This document shows positions 39,339 through 48,911 of a stretch of DNA of 64,000 nucleotides, piece by piece. The notes beneath the pieces were generated by a model. The model had not been told where the DNA came from. It did not search any database and saw only the letters and a program-made list of their open reading frames with translations. This DNA is from an uncultured bacterium (lineage in GTDB: Bacteria > Planctomycetota > UBA1135 > GCA-002686595). Within the stretch, counting starts at the first letter, position 1, and each line of letters opens with the position of its first letter. Location of the stretch: NCBI GenBank assembly GCA_943787795.1, contig CALSNU010000002.1, positions 416,001 through 480,000 of the forward strand. Direction: 5' to 3'. The position numbers and the translations under genes were made by a program.

Positions 39339-40057
39339 GCGTCGGCGGCTTGCCGAGGGTGTGCCTGACGGGACCCGCCACGCCGCGGGCCGCGGCGAGA
39401 TGGATCGACGCCGTGGGGGCGGCGGGGGCCTGGGAGCCCGTGCACTGCCCGCTGGTTCGGGTGGTGGGGCGACCCATCGAGCCCGCCGGGGTGACCCTGC
39501 TTCCGGCCATGGTCGCGGTGACCAGCCAGAACGCCATCCCGGCCCTGCGACGGCTCTGGGCCGAGCGGGTCGACGTGCGCGAGGCCCCCCACGCCGCGAT
39601 CGGTCTCGCGACCGCGCGCTCCCTGCGACAGGCGGGCGTCGACCCGGTCCTGGTGGGCCGGGCCGAGGAGAGCGGCGCGGCCCCCCTGGCCGACGCCATC
39701 GCCAAGGCGACGCAGCCCGGAGAGCGGATACTCTGGCCGCGAGGCGACCTGGCGTCAGACCTTAGAGAGCACCTCGTCGTCGCCGGGCGGATCGTGGAGG
39801 ACCCCGTGGCCTATCGCTCGGAAGAAGTGGCCGGCGCCGAACTCCCATCGCCCCTCGACGCTGCCTTCTTCGCCAGCCCCTCGGCCGTGCGCGCCTGGCT
39901 GCGGATCGCTGACGCACCCCGCGTCACCGCCATCGCCATTGGCGCCACGACCCAGTCTGAACTGGCGGTCTCGTACTCGAGATTCCAGAAGCTCTTGCGG
40001 CTCCATCGGCCGACACCAGACGCGCTCGTCGAGGCGCTCGCTACACTCCGCGGGTGA
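39335..40057 (+). CDS. hemD: Uroporphyrinogen-III synthase
   Basis: TSQNA, AIGLATA, FASPSAV, AIGATT; lies between hemC and hemL. Confidence 0.88.
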   Translation: MSVGGLPRVCLTGPATPRAAARWIDAVGAAGAWEPVHCPLVRVVGRPIEPAGVTLLPAMVAVTSQNAIPALRRLWAERVDVREAPHAAIGLATARSLRQAGVDPVLVGRAEESGAAPLADAIAKATQPGERILWPRGDLASDLREHLVVAGRIVEDPVAYRSEEVAGAELPSPLDAAFFASPSAVRAWLRIADAPRVTAIAIGATTQSELAVSYSRFQKLLRLHRPTPDALVEALATLRG

Positions 40058-41355
40058 ACCAGCAACACTTCGTCAGAACCCGTAGCGAGGAGATCTTCGC
40101 GGCCGCCAAGGAGCTCATCCCGGGGGGCGTGAACAGCCCCGTACGGGCGTACGGGAGCGTCGGTGGCGTCCCACCCCACCTCGTTCGCGGGAAGGGGCCC
40201 CTCGTCTGGGACGAGGATGGCAACGAGTACGTCGACCTCGTCGGCTCGTACGGCCCCCTCATCCTCGGGCACGGCAACGCCGAGGTGCGCGCGGCGCTCC
40301 ACGAGGCCGTCGACGGGGGCACCACCTTCGGCGCCCCCACCCGGGGCGAGCTGGACATGGCCCGCGACATCTGCGCGCGCGTCCACTCGGTGGAGATGGT
40401 CCGGCTGGTCAACTCAGGAACGGAGGCGACCATGTCCGCAGCCCGCCTCGCGCGCGCCGCGACGGGCCGCGAGAAGATCCTGAAGTTCGAGGGCTGCTAC
40501 CACGGTCACGGCGACTCCTTCCTCGTGGCCGCAGGCAGCGGCGCCCTCACCCTCGGCGCGCCGGACTCCCCCGGCGTCACGCGCGCCACAGCAGAGAACA
40601 GCCTGGTCGCCGTCTACAACGACCTCGATTCGGTCAAGGCAGTGTTCGACGAGCACGGCCCCGAGCTCGCCGCGGTCTTCGTGGAGCCGGTGGCCGGGAA
40701 CATGGGGACCATCCCCCCCGACGCGGGCTTTCTTGAGGGGCTCCGCGCGCACTGCGACGTGTCCGGAGCGCTGCTCGTGTTCGACGAGGTGATGACGGGC
40801 TTCCGCGTGGCGCGCGGCGGCTTCCAGGACTTCACCGAGGTCCGCTGCGACCTGATCACCCTCGGCAAGATCATCGGGGGCGGCCTCCCCGTCGGCGCCT
40901 ACGGCGGCCGTCGAGACCTCATGCAGCAGGTCGCGCCCGCGGGACCCATGTATCAGGCGGGCACCTTGAGCGGTAACCCACTCGCGGTGGCCGCCGGGCG
41001 CAAGACCCTGGAGATCCTCGGCCGCGACGGGATCTACGAGGCCCTCGAGGCGGCCGGCTCCCAGCTCTCGACCGGGCTCATGGAGATCGCGGCGCGACAC
41101 GGTCGCGTGCTCGCCGTCGGCCGCATCGGCTCGATGATGTGCCCCTACTTCTCCCCCGTGATGCCCCGCAACCTCACGGATGTCACGGCCACCGACCGGG
41201 AGGCATGGGTCCGCTTCTTCAACGAGATGCTCTCCCGTGGCGTCCTGATGCCCCCCTCTCCCTACGAGGCCTTCTTCCTGTCCGTGGAGCACGACAGCGG
41301 CGTCCTCGACCGGGTCCTCGACGCGGCAGAGGCCAGCTTCGCTGCGATCGCCTGA
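40054..41355 (+). CDS. hemL: Glutamate-1-semialdehyde 2,1-aminomutase
   Basis: PGGVNSPVRA, VNSGTEATM, FDEVMTGFR, GKIIGGGLP, YQAGTLSGNP. Confidence 0.97.
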   Translation: MNQQHFVRTRSEEIFAAAKELIPGGVNSPVRAYGSVGGVPPHLVRGKGPLVWDEDGNEYVDLVGSYGPLILGHGNAEVRAALHEAVDGGTTFGAPTRGELDMARDICARVHSVEMVRLVNSGTEATMSAARLARAATGREKILKFEGCYHGHGDSFLVAAGSGALTLGAPDSPGVTRATAENSLVAVYNDLDSVKAVFDEHGPELAAVFVEPVAGNMGTIPPDAGFLEGLRAHCDVSGALLVFDEVMTGFRVARGGFQDFTEVRCDLITLGKIIGGGLPVGAYGGRRDLMQQVAPAGPMYQAGTLSGNPLAVAAGRKTLEILGRDGIYEALEAAGSQLSTGLMEIAARHGRVLAVGRIGSMMCPYFSPVMPRNLTDVTATDREAWVRFFNEMLSRGVLMPPSPYEAFFLSVEHDSGVLDRVLDAAEASFAAIA

Positions 41356-41403
41356 GCGCGACCGGGGCGAGGCGATCTCGCTCCGGGAGGGTAGGATCGG
41401 TCC

Positions 41404-42003
41404 ATGACGTCTCCCCAAGACCAAGCTGTCCGGGCCTCCCTTGAAGAGGCCCGGGCCACCCTCGACGCGTTCCTCTCCGACACCGACCTGATCCAGGCCG
41501 TCGGACAGTTCGCCCAGCGCTGCGAGGCGACGTTGAAGGGGGGCGGCAGGCTGCTGGCCTGCGGCAACGGCGGCTCCATGTGCGACGCCATGCACTTCGC
41601 CGAGGAGTGGACGGGCCGCTTCCGCGGCGACAGGAGCGCGCTCCCCGCCATGGCCTTCTCTGACCCGAGCCAGCTCTCGTGCATCGCCAACGACTTCGGC
41701 TACGACGAGGTCTTCGCCCGGTCCGTGGAGGCCCACGGTCGGACGGGAGACCTGCTCGTCTGTCTCTCCACCAGCGGCGACTCGCCCAACACCGTCCGGG
41801 CATTGGAAGAGGCGCGCCGCCTGGGGATTCAATCCGTCGCGCTCCTCGGCCATGGCGGCGGAAGAATGAAGGACCTCGCCGATCTCTCGATCGTCGTGCC
41901 GGTCGCGCAGACCTCGGACCGTATCCAGGAGCTGCACATCAAGATCATCCACACCGCGATCGAGATCGTGGAGCGGATGATGTTCCCCGGGAACTACGAG
42001 TGA
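41404..42003 (+). CDS. gmhA: Phosphoheptose (sedoheptulose-7-phosphate) isomerase
   Basis: CGNGGS, IANDFGY, STSGDSPN, DRIQELH. Confidence 0.95.
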   Translation: MTSPQDQAVRASLEEARATLDAFLSDTDLIQAVGQFAQRCEATLKGGGRLLACGNGGSMCDAMHFAEEWTGRFRGDRSALPAMAFSDPSQLSCIANDFGYDEVFARSVEAHGRTGDLLVCLSTSGDSPNTVRALEEARRLGIQSVALLGHGGGRMKDLADLSIVVPVAQTSDRIQELHIKIIHTAIEIVERMMFPGNYE

Positions 42004-42770
42004 TGAGCTGGGGCCGGCGAGCAGCGGTCGCGGCCGCGTTGCTCGCGGTCGCGGGGTGCGCCCTCACCCCCGCCACCACGAACTCCAGCGTCTCAGCTTC
42101 CCAGAGTCCGCCCTGGAGCCAGCTCGGCACCAGCCGGGAGGGGCGCCCGCTGAGGGCGCTGGACCTCGGCTCCGGCGGGCAGCGCGTGGCCGTCATCGCG
42201 GGGATCCATGGCACCGAGCAGGAGGGCCAGAGGCACGTCCCAGAGCTGATCTCTGCGCTCGCGCCGCTGCCCGCGACGATCCGACTCTACGAGGACGTCA
42301 ACCCGGACGGCTCCGCCGCCAATCGTCGGCGGACCTCCGCTGGCGTGGACCCCAATCGCAACTGGCCCGCCGCCAGCTTCACGGCCGCCCCTTCCCGAGG
42401 TCCTCGGCCGCTGAGCGAGCCGGGCGTCGGACACGTCTATCGGGACCTGGTCCGGTTCGACCCAGACCTCGTGATCGTGCTGCACTCCACCGCGTCGGGC
42501 CCCTTCGTTAACTTCGACGGACCCGCCGAGGGGCTCGCCCGGCGCTTCGCCGCGGCGGCCGGCGCTCCCTGGTTCGTCAAGCCCTCCATGGGCTACCCGA
42601 CGCCCGGCTCCCTGGGGTCCTGGATGGGCCGCGATCGAGGGCGACCGATCCTGACCATCGAGTTCCGCCGCGGCGCACCGGAGGAGGAGACCGGGCCCGC
42701 CTTGGTGCTGGGTCTCAGGGCGGTGATCCGGGAGGGGCCGCTCGAGGACGAGCGCCCAAGGGTGCGCTGA
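42003..42770 (+). CDS. M14 zinc carboxypeptidase, murein peptide amidase A-like lipoprotein
   Basis: Lipobox VAGC; GIHGTE, NPDG, VDPNRNW, LHS, YPTPGSLGSW, TIE. Confidence 0.85.
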   Translation: MSWGRRAAVAAALLAVAGCALTPATTNSSVSASQSPPWSQLGTSREGRPLRALDLGSGGQRVAVIAGIHGTEQEGQRHVPELISALAPLPATIRLYEDVNPDGSAANRRRTSAGVDPNRNWPAASFTAAPSRGPRPLSEPGVGHVYRDLVRFDPDLVIVLHSTASGPFVNFDGPAEGLARRFAAAAGAPWFVKPSMGYPTPGSLGSWMGRDRGRPILTIEFRRGAPEEETGPALVLGLRAVIREGPLEDERPRVR

Positions 42771-42779
42771 GCGCCTAAC

Positions 42780-42835
42780 GCCGAGCGCCCCGCAGGACCG
42801 AGACCCGAAGGTCGCGGCGCAGCGGGGCGCTCGGC
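42780..42835. terminator. Long hairpin between convergent genes
   Basis: 14-bp inverted repeat GCCGAGCGCCCCGC/GCGGGGCGCTCGGC; no strong U-tract. Confidence 0.5.
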
Positions 42836-42865
42836 CTTGGCCGCGTACACGGCTTGCTGAAGGCC

Positions 42866-43942
42866 TCAGATGGAGTCGAGGCCCCAGGCGTAAGGCTCGA
42901 TCGGGAGCAAGGGAAGATCGACGCCGATCTCCGACTCGGCCACCTCGGTGACGCGCTTGTCACCACGGGGCGGGCAGAGGGCGAGCAGGATCTCGTGATC
43001 GGTCAGCGTGATCTGGCCCGAGGGACCGTCCAGCGAGAGCGATCGATCGCCCACGATCTCGACGGTGACTCCCTCAGGAGTCAGCTGATCGAAGACTCGC
43101 GCCAAGGCGCCGAGGTCACCGATCCGAGCCATGGAGAGAATGCCCTTGGCGCCGAGTGAGCGGATGAAGGTGAAGTAGGCGGTGAAGTTCGCCTCGGACT
43201 CGGGGACCATCACGAAGAGCCGGTCCGTTTCCTCGCTCGTCGCGGTCCAGTGGCTGGTGATGACGGGCAGGACGTCATCGGCCGTTCCTCCCCACTCATG
43301 CACGCAGTGAGCGAGGTCCTCGCCCCTGCCGACGCAGGCGTACCCGGTGACCTCACCCTCGACCTCACGGACGAGCGCCCGAAGGCCCGGGGTGGTCAAG
43401 AGCGCGCCCGTCTCGGCCTCGGAGCGGTCGACTCGCGACTCATGGGTGCAGTAGAGCCCGTGGACCGCGGGGACGTCCCGCGCCTCCATGGGGCGCACCC
43501 CCACGGCGTCGGGCAGCAGGAAGGCGTTGTTGCTGTTGATCACGAAGACGTTCTCGGTCCCCATGGGCACCCAGCCGCGGGACTGATACCACTCCGACTC
43601 ATCGGCCCAGAGCAGGGCGAGCGCCGCCCCGTCCTCGGCCGCGCGGGCGATCGCCCGCTCCACGACCGCGGTCCCGTGGCCCCTGCCACGGTGGCTGACC
43701 TGGGTCGCCACGGACCCGACGAAGGCCACAGGCAGCTGGAGGCCCCCGACCAGGAGATCGCGCCGTATCCACGCGCATGTGGAGACAAGCTCACCATCTT
43801 CTTCGATGGTCTCGACGTGCCCGGTGGCCCCCGGACCGAAGATCTGAGCGTACTCGGCGGCCATCGGGCGACCGTCCCGCAGGACGGCTTCCATGAGTTG
43901 AAGCGCAGCCTCAGGCTGGCTGGTCATCGGCGTGGTCATCAT
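42866..43942 (-). CDS. GNAT-family N-acetyltransferase (tandem GNAT, Eis-like)
   Basis: VGSVAT..SHRGRGHG acetyl-CoA motif; WYQSRGW. Confidence 0.85.
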   Translation of the reverse strand: MMTTPMTSQPEAALQLMEAVLRDGRPMAAEYAQIFGPGATGHVETIEEDGELVSTCAWIRRDLLVGGLQLPVAFVGSVATQVSHRGRGHGTAVVERAIARAAEDGAALALLWADESEWYQSRGWVPMGTENVFVINSNNAFLLPDAVGVRPMEARDVPAVHGLYCTHESRVDRSEAETGALLTTPGLRALVREVEGEVTGYACVGRGEDLAHCVHEWGGTADDVLPVITSHWTATSEETDRLFVMVPESEANFTAYFTFIRSLGAKGILSMARIGDLGALARVFDQLTPEGVTVEIVGDRSLSLDGPSGQITLTDHEILLALCPPRGDKRVTEVAESEIGVDLPLLPIEPYAWGLDSI

Positions 43943-44265
43943 TGTTCTGCGTCTTTGAGAGAGTCGAGGGCGGCGCCCTGCGCCTTGTGATTGCTTCGCT
44001 GCGTGGAGGCCCGATAGGCCTCGATCAGGTCCGTCCCGAGCGAGACAGCTTCCTCCACGGAGGCCCGCGCGCTCAGGACGGCGTCTCCGAGCCGGCTGGG
44101 GTCGTCGAGGTTCTCGGAGGCTTCTCCAAGAGCTCGAGTCTTCTCCTCCAGCCGTTCGAGGACGGCCCTGAAGGCCGCGCCGGCCTTTGCGTCTGATTGT
44201 TGAGCTCGCGCCGCACCCTCAACGGTGGCTTCCGCGCTGCTCTGGATCCTGGGATCGATCGACAT
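43939..44265 (-). CDS. Small helical protein, possibly divergent FliE-like
   Basis: AAGGAAA RBS; MSIDPRI..FRAVL..ARASVEEAVSLGTDLIEAYR; directly downstream of flgL. Confidence 0.55.
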   Translation of the reverse strand: MSIDPRIQSSAEATVEGAARAQQSDAKAGAAFRAVLERLEEKTRALGEASENLDDPSRLGDAVLSARASVEEAVSLGTDLIEAYRASTQRSNHKAQGAALDSLKDAEQ

Positions 44266-44296
44266 TGAATTTTCCTTGAGGGGATTCGGGGACGAA

Positions 44297-45712
44297 TCAG
44301 AGGTAGCGCAGCAGGCTCTGCTGCAAGAGGCGCGAGCCGGTGGCCTGGGCGAGCTGGAGCGTCTGCTCCGAGCGCTGAAGGTCGAGGGCGACCTCCGTGA
44401 AGTCCGCGTCCTCAACGTTCGAGATGAGGCTCCTCACCGAGACATCCAGGTCTTCGAGGCGGGAGGAGGCGATGTCGATCTGCTGCGCGGCGGTGCCCAG
44501 CCGGCCGAGCGCCGTGATCATGTCGCCCTCACTGCGGTCGAGCTCGCCGAGCCGGGTCTGGAGCCGCTCGGAGAGCATGAGCCGGTCCGTGCCCTCAGGC
44601 ATTCGAAGGTCAGCCACCACACCGCGGATCGTGTCGAACACGCTCGGGGTCCCTGAGAAGGTGGCCAGATCGCTCCCGGCGACCTTCAACCCCGTGGTGT
44701 CCACGTGCATCCGAGCACCAGTGCTCTGACTCCGAAGCAGCAGGTCCGTCTCGGTGAGGTTGACCGGGGTAAAGCTGACGCCATCGAGGGACACGGACGC
44801 CGCACCCGTGAGGTTGGTGTTGAGCGCTCCGCCCCCCCAGGCGCTGAGGTCGAGCTCCACGGTCGCCCCGTTCTCATCCTGCACGGTCATCGTGGAGGGC
44901 GCCGGCGTCGGGATATCCAGGACCTGCCCCGTCCCCAGCTGCACCGTCCTGGCGGCCCCGTCCACGCTCAGCGCCTGGGTCCCCACCAGCGTGTCGGAGG
45001 TGTCCACGAGCGTGATGCCCGCGCCCATGGCACCGGTGGTCCCGTTCTGCTGGACGATCAGCTCGGCGTAGCCCGAACCGGAGTCAGCCGTCGATCCGCT
45101 CTTGATACCCGTGGTGGAGGTGAGGTCGGTATCGGTGTACGCGAACTTGGAGAACACCTCCTGTCCTGAGACGTTGATCGCGACCTCCGCGTCGCGTCCC
45201 GTCTGGATGCTCTGCCGCCGAGCGTTCCCACGAAAGACGATCGCCCCCTCGCCGTCGACGGTCTCCTCCACGAACGGCCGCTCATCGGTCGCCGTGCCGC
45301 TGAAGAGGAAGCGGTCGCCGCTTCGGGTGTTGGCGATGTCGAGCAGCTGCGCCTCCAGGAGCTCGAGCTGGTTGGCCACCGAGCCCCGGTCGTCGGCGCT
45401 CAACGCGCCGTTCATCCCCTGGATCATCAACGCCCGGATGTCCCCGACCAGGTTGACCCCGTCCTGGAGTCGCGACGCCGCCTGCTCGACGATCGGCTTC
45501 GCAGACGCCGTCGAGGTCGAGTAGGCCTCGATCGCCCCGCGCTGGCGCCGGAGCGAGAGCGAGACGGACGACCCCACCGGGTCGTCGGAGGCGCGCACGA
45601 TCCGCCGGCCGCTGGCAGCCTGCTCCTGCGCGCGGATCAGCCGCGACGTGTTGCGCTCGATACCACGCTGTACGAGGTCGAAGATGCGCCCTTGTGTCGG
45701 TCGAATGCTCAT
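44297..45712 (-). CDS. flgL: Flagellar hook-associated protein 3
   Basis: ASGRRIVRASDDP, IANT..GDRFLFSG, EDADFTE..SLLRYL. Confidence 0.93.
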   Translation of the reverse strand: MSIRPTQGRIFDLVQRGIERNTSRLIRAQEQAASGRRIVRASDDPVGSSVSLSLRRQRGAIEAYSTSTASAKPIVEQAASRLQDGVNLVGDIRALMIQGMNGALSADDRGSVANQLELLEAQLLDIANTRSGDRFLFSGTATDERPFVEETVDGEGAIVFRGNARRQSIQTGRDAEVAINVSGQEVFSKFAYTDTDLTSTTGIKSGSTADSGSGYAELIVQQNGTTGAMGAGITLVDTSDTLVGTQALSVDGAARTVQLGTGQVLDIPTPAPSTMTVQDENGATVELDLSAWGGGALNTNLTGAASVSLDGVSFTPVNLTETDLLLRSQSTGARMHVDTTGLKVAGSDLATFSGTPSVFDTIRGVVADLRMPEGTDRLMLSERLQTRLGELDRSEGDMITALGRLGTAAQQIDIASSRLEDLDVSVRSLISNVEDADFTEVALDLQRSEQTLQLAQATGSRLLQQSLLRYL

Positions 45713-45725
45713 GTGTTCTCCTTGC

Positions 45726-48059
45726 TCAGACGAGCGCCAGGACGGTGTCGTTCAGCTGCCCAACGACTTGAAGGAAGCGGGCCGCCGCCTGGTAGGTCTG
45801 TTCGTACTCGATCATCTTCACGAGCTCCTCGTCGACGTTGACGCCCGACACCTGCTCGCGCTGCTCCTCAAGGCTGGCGAGCATGAAGCTCTCGACCTCG
45901 AGCGCGCTTGAGGTCGAAGCGACCTCAAAACCGACGCCGCCGACCAGCGAGCCGTAGTAGGTCGACAGCGTCCCGTTGAGGCCCTCGACATCCGCGCTCT
46001 GCACGTCGAGCATGGCGAGGATCGCGCCGTTGTCGCCGTCATCACCCGTCGACGATCCAGCGAACAGGCGCGGATCCTCAACGATGTCAGCGTTCAGGTT
46101 GATGGTCTCGGCATCAACACCGGTGAAGAGGCTGTTCAGTCCGAGCGCCACAAGGACGTCGCTCGTGTCTGAGTCGGCGATCGTGTCCAGGACAAGAGCG
46201 TCGCCCGCTGCCCCGTTGATCTCCCCCACCGAGAAGGACACATCGATGCCCTCGGCCACCGAGATCGGCGTGCCCGGCGAGTAGCCCTCGCCCACGTCGA
46301 GGGTGGTGACCAGCGCCCCCATCTTGTCCCGAACCTCGACCTCGAGCCGCGGCGTCGTCCCGATCGTGCCCGTGCCGACCGGCGTGAAGGTCCACTGGTC
46401 GTTGCTGCTGCCCTGGTAGTCCCCAGTCACAGCCACCTCGACCTCAAGATCCTGACCGCTGTAGGTGCCGACCGAGAGTCCCAACGCCGCCGCAGCGGTA
46501 CCGCCCGCGACCTGGAAGGAGGCGGCGGCGCCGGTGCTCAGCGTCTGGAAGCCAAGTCGATCCCCCACGGCGACCGCCCTGAGGTCCGCCGCGGCCATGC
46601 TTGGCGAGAGGTTGAAGCTCTCCGCGAGTTCCTGCGCTGTGGGAGAGCCCACCGACGCGAAGCTCGCGGGATCAATCGAGAGCGTGAGAGGCCCCGCGGC
46701 GCCGACGAGCTCCAGCGTGGAGGTCGTGCCGATGGCGAAGGGGCCGCCGAAGCTGCTCACGTGGGACGCGCGGTCTCCGCCGAAGCTCCCCACATCGTCG
46801 GGGGAACCCTCCAGGCGAGCGCCGAAGTGGAACTTGGTCTGCGACAGCGAATCCACGGCGAGGCGGCCAGAGGTATCGATCCGCGCCGAGAGCCCAGGAA
46901 TACCTGAGAGGGCGTCCGCGAAGCCCTGCACCGTCATCCGGCTCGGGTCGATCTCGAGGCGCGTGGTCTTGAAGCTCTCATCGCCGTCCACCGCGACATG
47001 CACGAAGAGCTCCCCCGACTTGACGTCGAAGGGGAGCTGCGCATCCCGCAGGAGCACGTCACCGAAGGCGCCGTCGCCGTCGAGGTCGGCGACCGGTGTG
47101 GCGCCCCGCAGCTGGTTGAAGCCGCCGCCGAGGGGGACCCCGGTGGAGTGGGCGCGGTTCATCTCCAGCACGATGCCCTTGGCGTAGCGGTCGAAGCCAT
47201 CGAGCACCTCGGTGGCGAACGTCTCCGAGAAGGCCACCACGCCGGCCAGCTGACCGGCTCGTGGCTGCACAGGCTGAACGCCGCCCTCGAGCTGGAGGGT
47301 GATCGCGCCGTTCGGACCAGCGTCGGCCCTCATTCGGTTCGTCGAGCGGGAGCCGACCAGCAGCTGCCCATCCACCTGGACCAGAACCGCTCCCTGCGCG
47401 TTCTCCCTGGCAGTGATCTCGACGCGCTCGGAGAGGGCGCGGAGCGCGACGCCGCGCTGGTCCCTCAAGTCATTGGCCACCGTCCCTTGGACGGACTCCA
47501 CCTGGGAGATCTGCTGGTTGAGGTCGACGACCCGCTCGGCCAGGAGGTTCACGTCTGCCACGAGGGTGCCCGCCTTGACCTGCGCGTCCCCCTGAAGCTG
47601 CTGGATCTCGTCGGAGACCTGGTGGAAGCGGCGGGTCATGTTCTCCGAAGACTGGAGCGCGCCGTTACGGGCGACCACGTCTTCGGGGCTCGCCGAGAGC
47701 AGGGATAGGCTGTTGAACAGGCTGTCCATCAGCGCCCCAAAGCCCCCTTCGCCGGGCTCGTTGAGGAGCGCCTCGACGCTGCCCATCTCCGTCAGCTGGG
47801 ACTCCAGCCTCGCGACCGACGAGGACTGCCCCTCGATCCGTGAGTTCAGGAGCGCGTCGACGGAGCGCGTGATCACGTTCGCGTTGACCCCGTTCCCGAG
47901 CTGAAGACCCCGCAGGTTGAGCGGCCGCGCGCTGGAGGTCAGCACCCGCTGACGGCTGTAGCCCTCTGTCGTGGCGTTGGCGACGTTGTGCCCGATCGTG
48001 TCCAGGGCTGACTGTGAGGTCAGCAGGGCCCGCAGCCCAATGTTCGTGCTCACTCCCAA
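45726..48059 (-). CDS. flgK: Flagellar hook-associated protein 1
   Basis: GHNVANATTEGYSRQ, NDLRDQR, SGVNVDEE..YQAAAR. Confidence 0.95.
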   Translation of the reverse strand: MGVSTNIGLRALLTSQSALDTIGHNVANATTEGYSRQRVLTSSARPLNLRGLQLGNGVNANVITRSVDALLNSRIEGQSSSVARLESQLTEMGSVEALLNEPGEGGFGALMDSLFNSLSLLSASPEDVVARNGALQSSENMTRRFHQVSDEIQQLQGDAQVKAGTLVADVNLLAERVVDLNQQISQVESVQGTVANDLRDQRGVALRALSERVEITARENAQGAVLVQVDGQLLVGSRSTNRMRADAGPNGAITLQLEGGVQPVQPRAGQLAGVVAFSETFATEVLDGFDRYAKGIVLEMNRAHSTGVPLGGGFNQLRGATPVADLDGDGAFGDVLLRDAQLPFDVKSGELFVHVAVDGDESFKTTRLEIDPSRMTVQGFADALSGIPGLSARIDTSGRLAVDSLSQTKFHFGARLEGSPDDVGSFGGDRASHVSSFGGPFAIGTTSTLELVGAAGPLTLSIDPASFASVGSPTAQELAESFNLSPSMAAADLRAVAVGDRLGFQTLSTGAAASFQVAGGTAAAALGLSVGTYSGQDLEVEVAVTGDYQGSSNDQWTFTPVGTGTIGTTPRLEVEVRDKMGALVTTLDVGEGYSPGTPISVAEGIDVSFSVGEINGAAGDALVLDTIADSDTSDVLVALGLNSLFTGVDAETINLNADIVEDPRLFAGSSTGDDGDNGAILAMLDVQSADVEGLNGTLSTYYGSLVGGVGFEVASTSSALEVESFMLASLEEQREQVSGVNVDEELVKMIEYEQTYQAAARFLQVVGQLNDTVLALV

Positions 48060-48060
48060 A

Positions 48061-48543
48061 TCAGACCTCTGCGTCGATCAGGCTTCCGCCTGCGTGTACG
48101 TCTCCGCCGTCCTCGGGACCGAGGACGACCTGAATCAGCTCGCGTGTGACCTGTCGGTGCAGCCGTACCAATGTCGCCATGCGACGATTGAGGCGACCGA
48201 TCTCGCCGCTCACCTCGACGAGGTGAGCCCGCTCGACGGCGAGGAGCTCTCCGTCCACGCCGAGTCGCTCGACCAGGCTGCCCACCGTCGCGGCGGAAGG
48301 CGCGACGCCGAACTCCTCGGCCAGGGCGACGACGGCCCTCTCTCGCCGCGCGGTGCGCTGTGAGCTGCGCTTCAGCTGGACCTCCAGCTCCTCCGTTGCC
48401 GTCTTGAAGGCGGGGCCGGCAGGCTGGCGGATCGAGCCCTCCTGTGCGTTGAGCAGCTCGAGGATTCGCCGCTGGGTGGCCACCTCCTCGCGGATCGCGA
48501 TGACGAGGCGGTTCACGAGGTTGGATTGGGTCCCGGCGCTCAC
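48061..48543 (-). CDS. flgN: Flagellar export chaperone FlgN-like
   Basis: Helical 160 aa between flgJ and flgK; L.RLN..., C-terminal GSLIDAEV. Confidence 0.7.
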   Translation of the reverse strand: MSAGTQSNLVNRLVIAIREEVATQRRILELLNAQEGSIRQPAGPAFKTATEELEVQLKRSSQRTARRERAVVALAEEFGVAPSAATVGSLVERLGVDGELLAVERAHLVEVSGEIGRLNRRMATLVRLHRQVTRELIQVVLGPEDGGDVHAGGSLIDAEV

Positions 48544-48911
48544 TGTCCCACCTCTCCCTCGGGAGCCGAGCCAGCGAGCCGCGCCGCCTGAGCGGCCGCC
48601 GCGGCCTGCTGGCGGATGATGCTTTCCTTCACCTGGGCTCCGATGCCGAGGTTGCCCTGGTCCGCAATGGACGCTCCGAGCTGCTCGTCGAACCAGCCGT
48701 TGAAGGTGTCAGCCCCCTTACCGGTCCCGAAGAAGCCCTCTCCGAGCCCCTTGCGCATCTCGGTGACCAGGAGCGTCGCGAACAGCGACTCCATCTCCTT
48801 CGCGGCCACATCGGGCGCCTCAGCCCCCCGCTCGACCCGGGAGATCCGGCCCGTCATGAGCCCATTGCGCGCCGTCAGGGCGCCGGTGTTCTCAGCGTGA
48901 AGCTCCATCAC
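48540..48911 (-). CDS. flgJ: Rod-binding protein (short FlgJ, no muramidase domain)
   Basis: AKEMESLF...EMRK..FDEQL..LGI rod-binding signature. Confidence 0.8.
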   Translation of the reverse strand: MMELHAENTGALTARNGLMTGRISRVERGAEAPDVAAKEMESLFATLLVTEMRKGLGEGFFGTGKGADTFNGWFDEQLGASIADQGNLGIGAQVKESIIRQQAAAAAQAARLAGSAPEGEVGQ

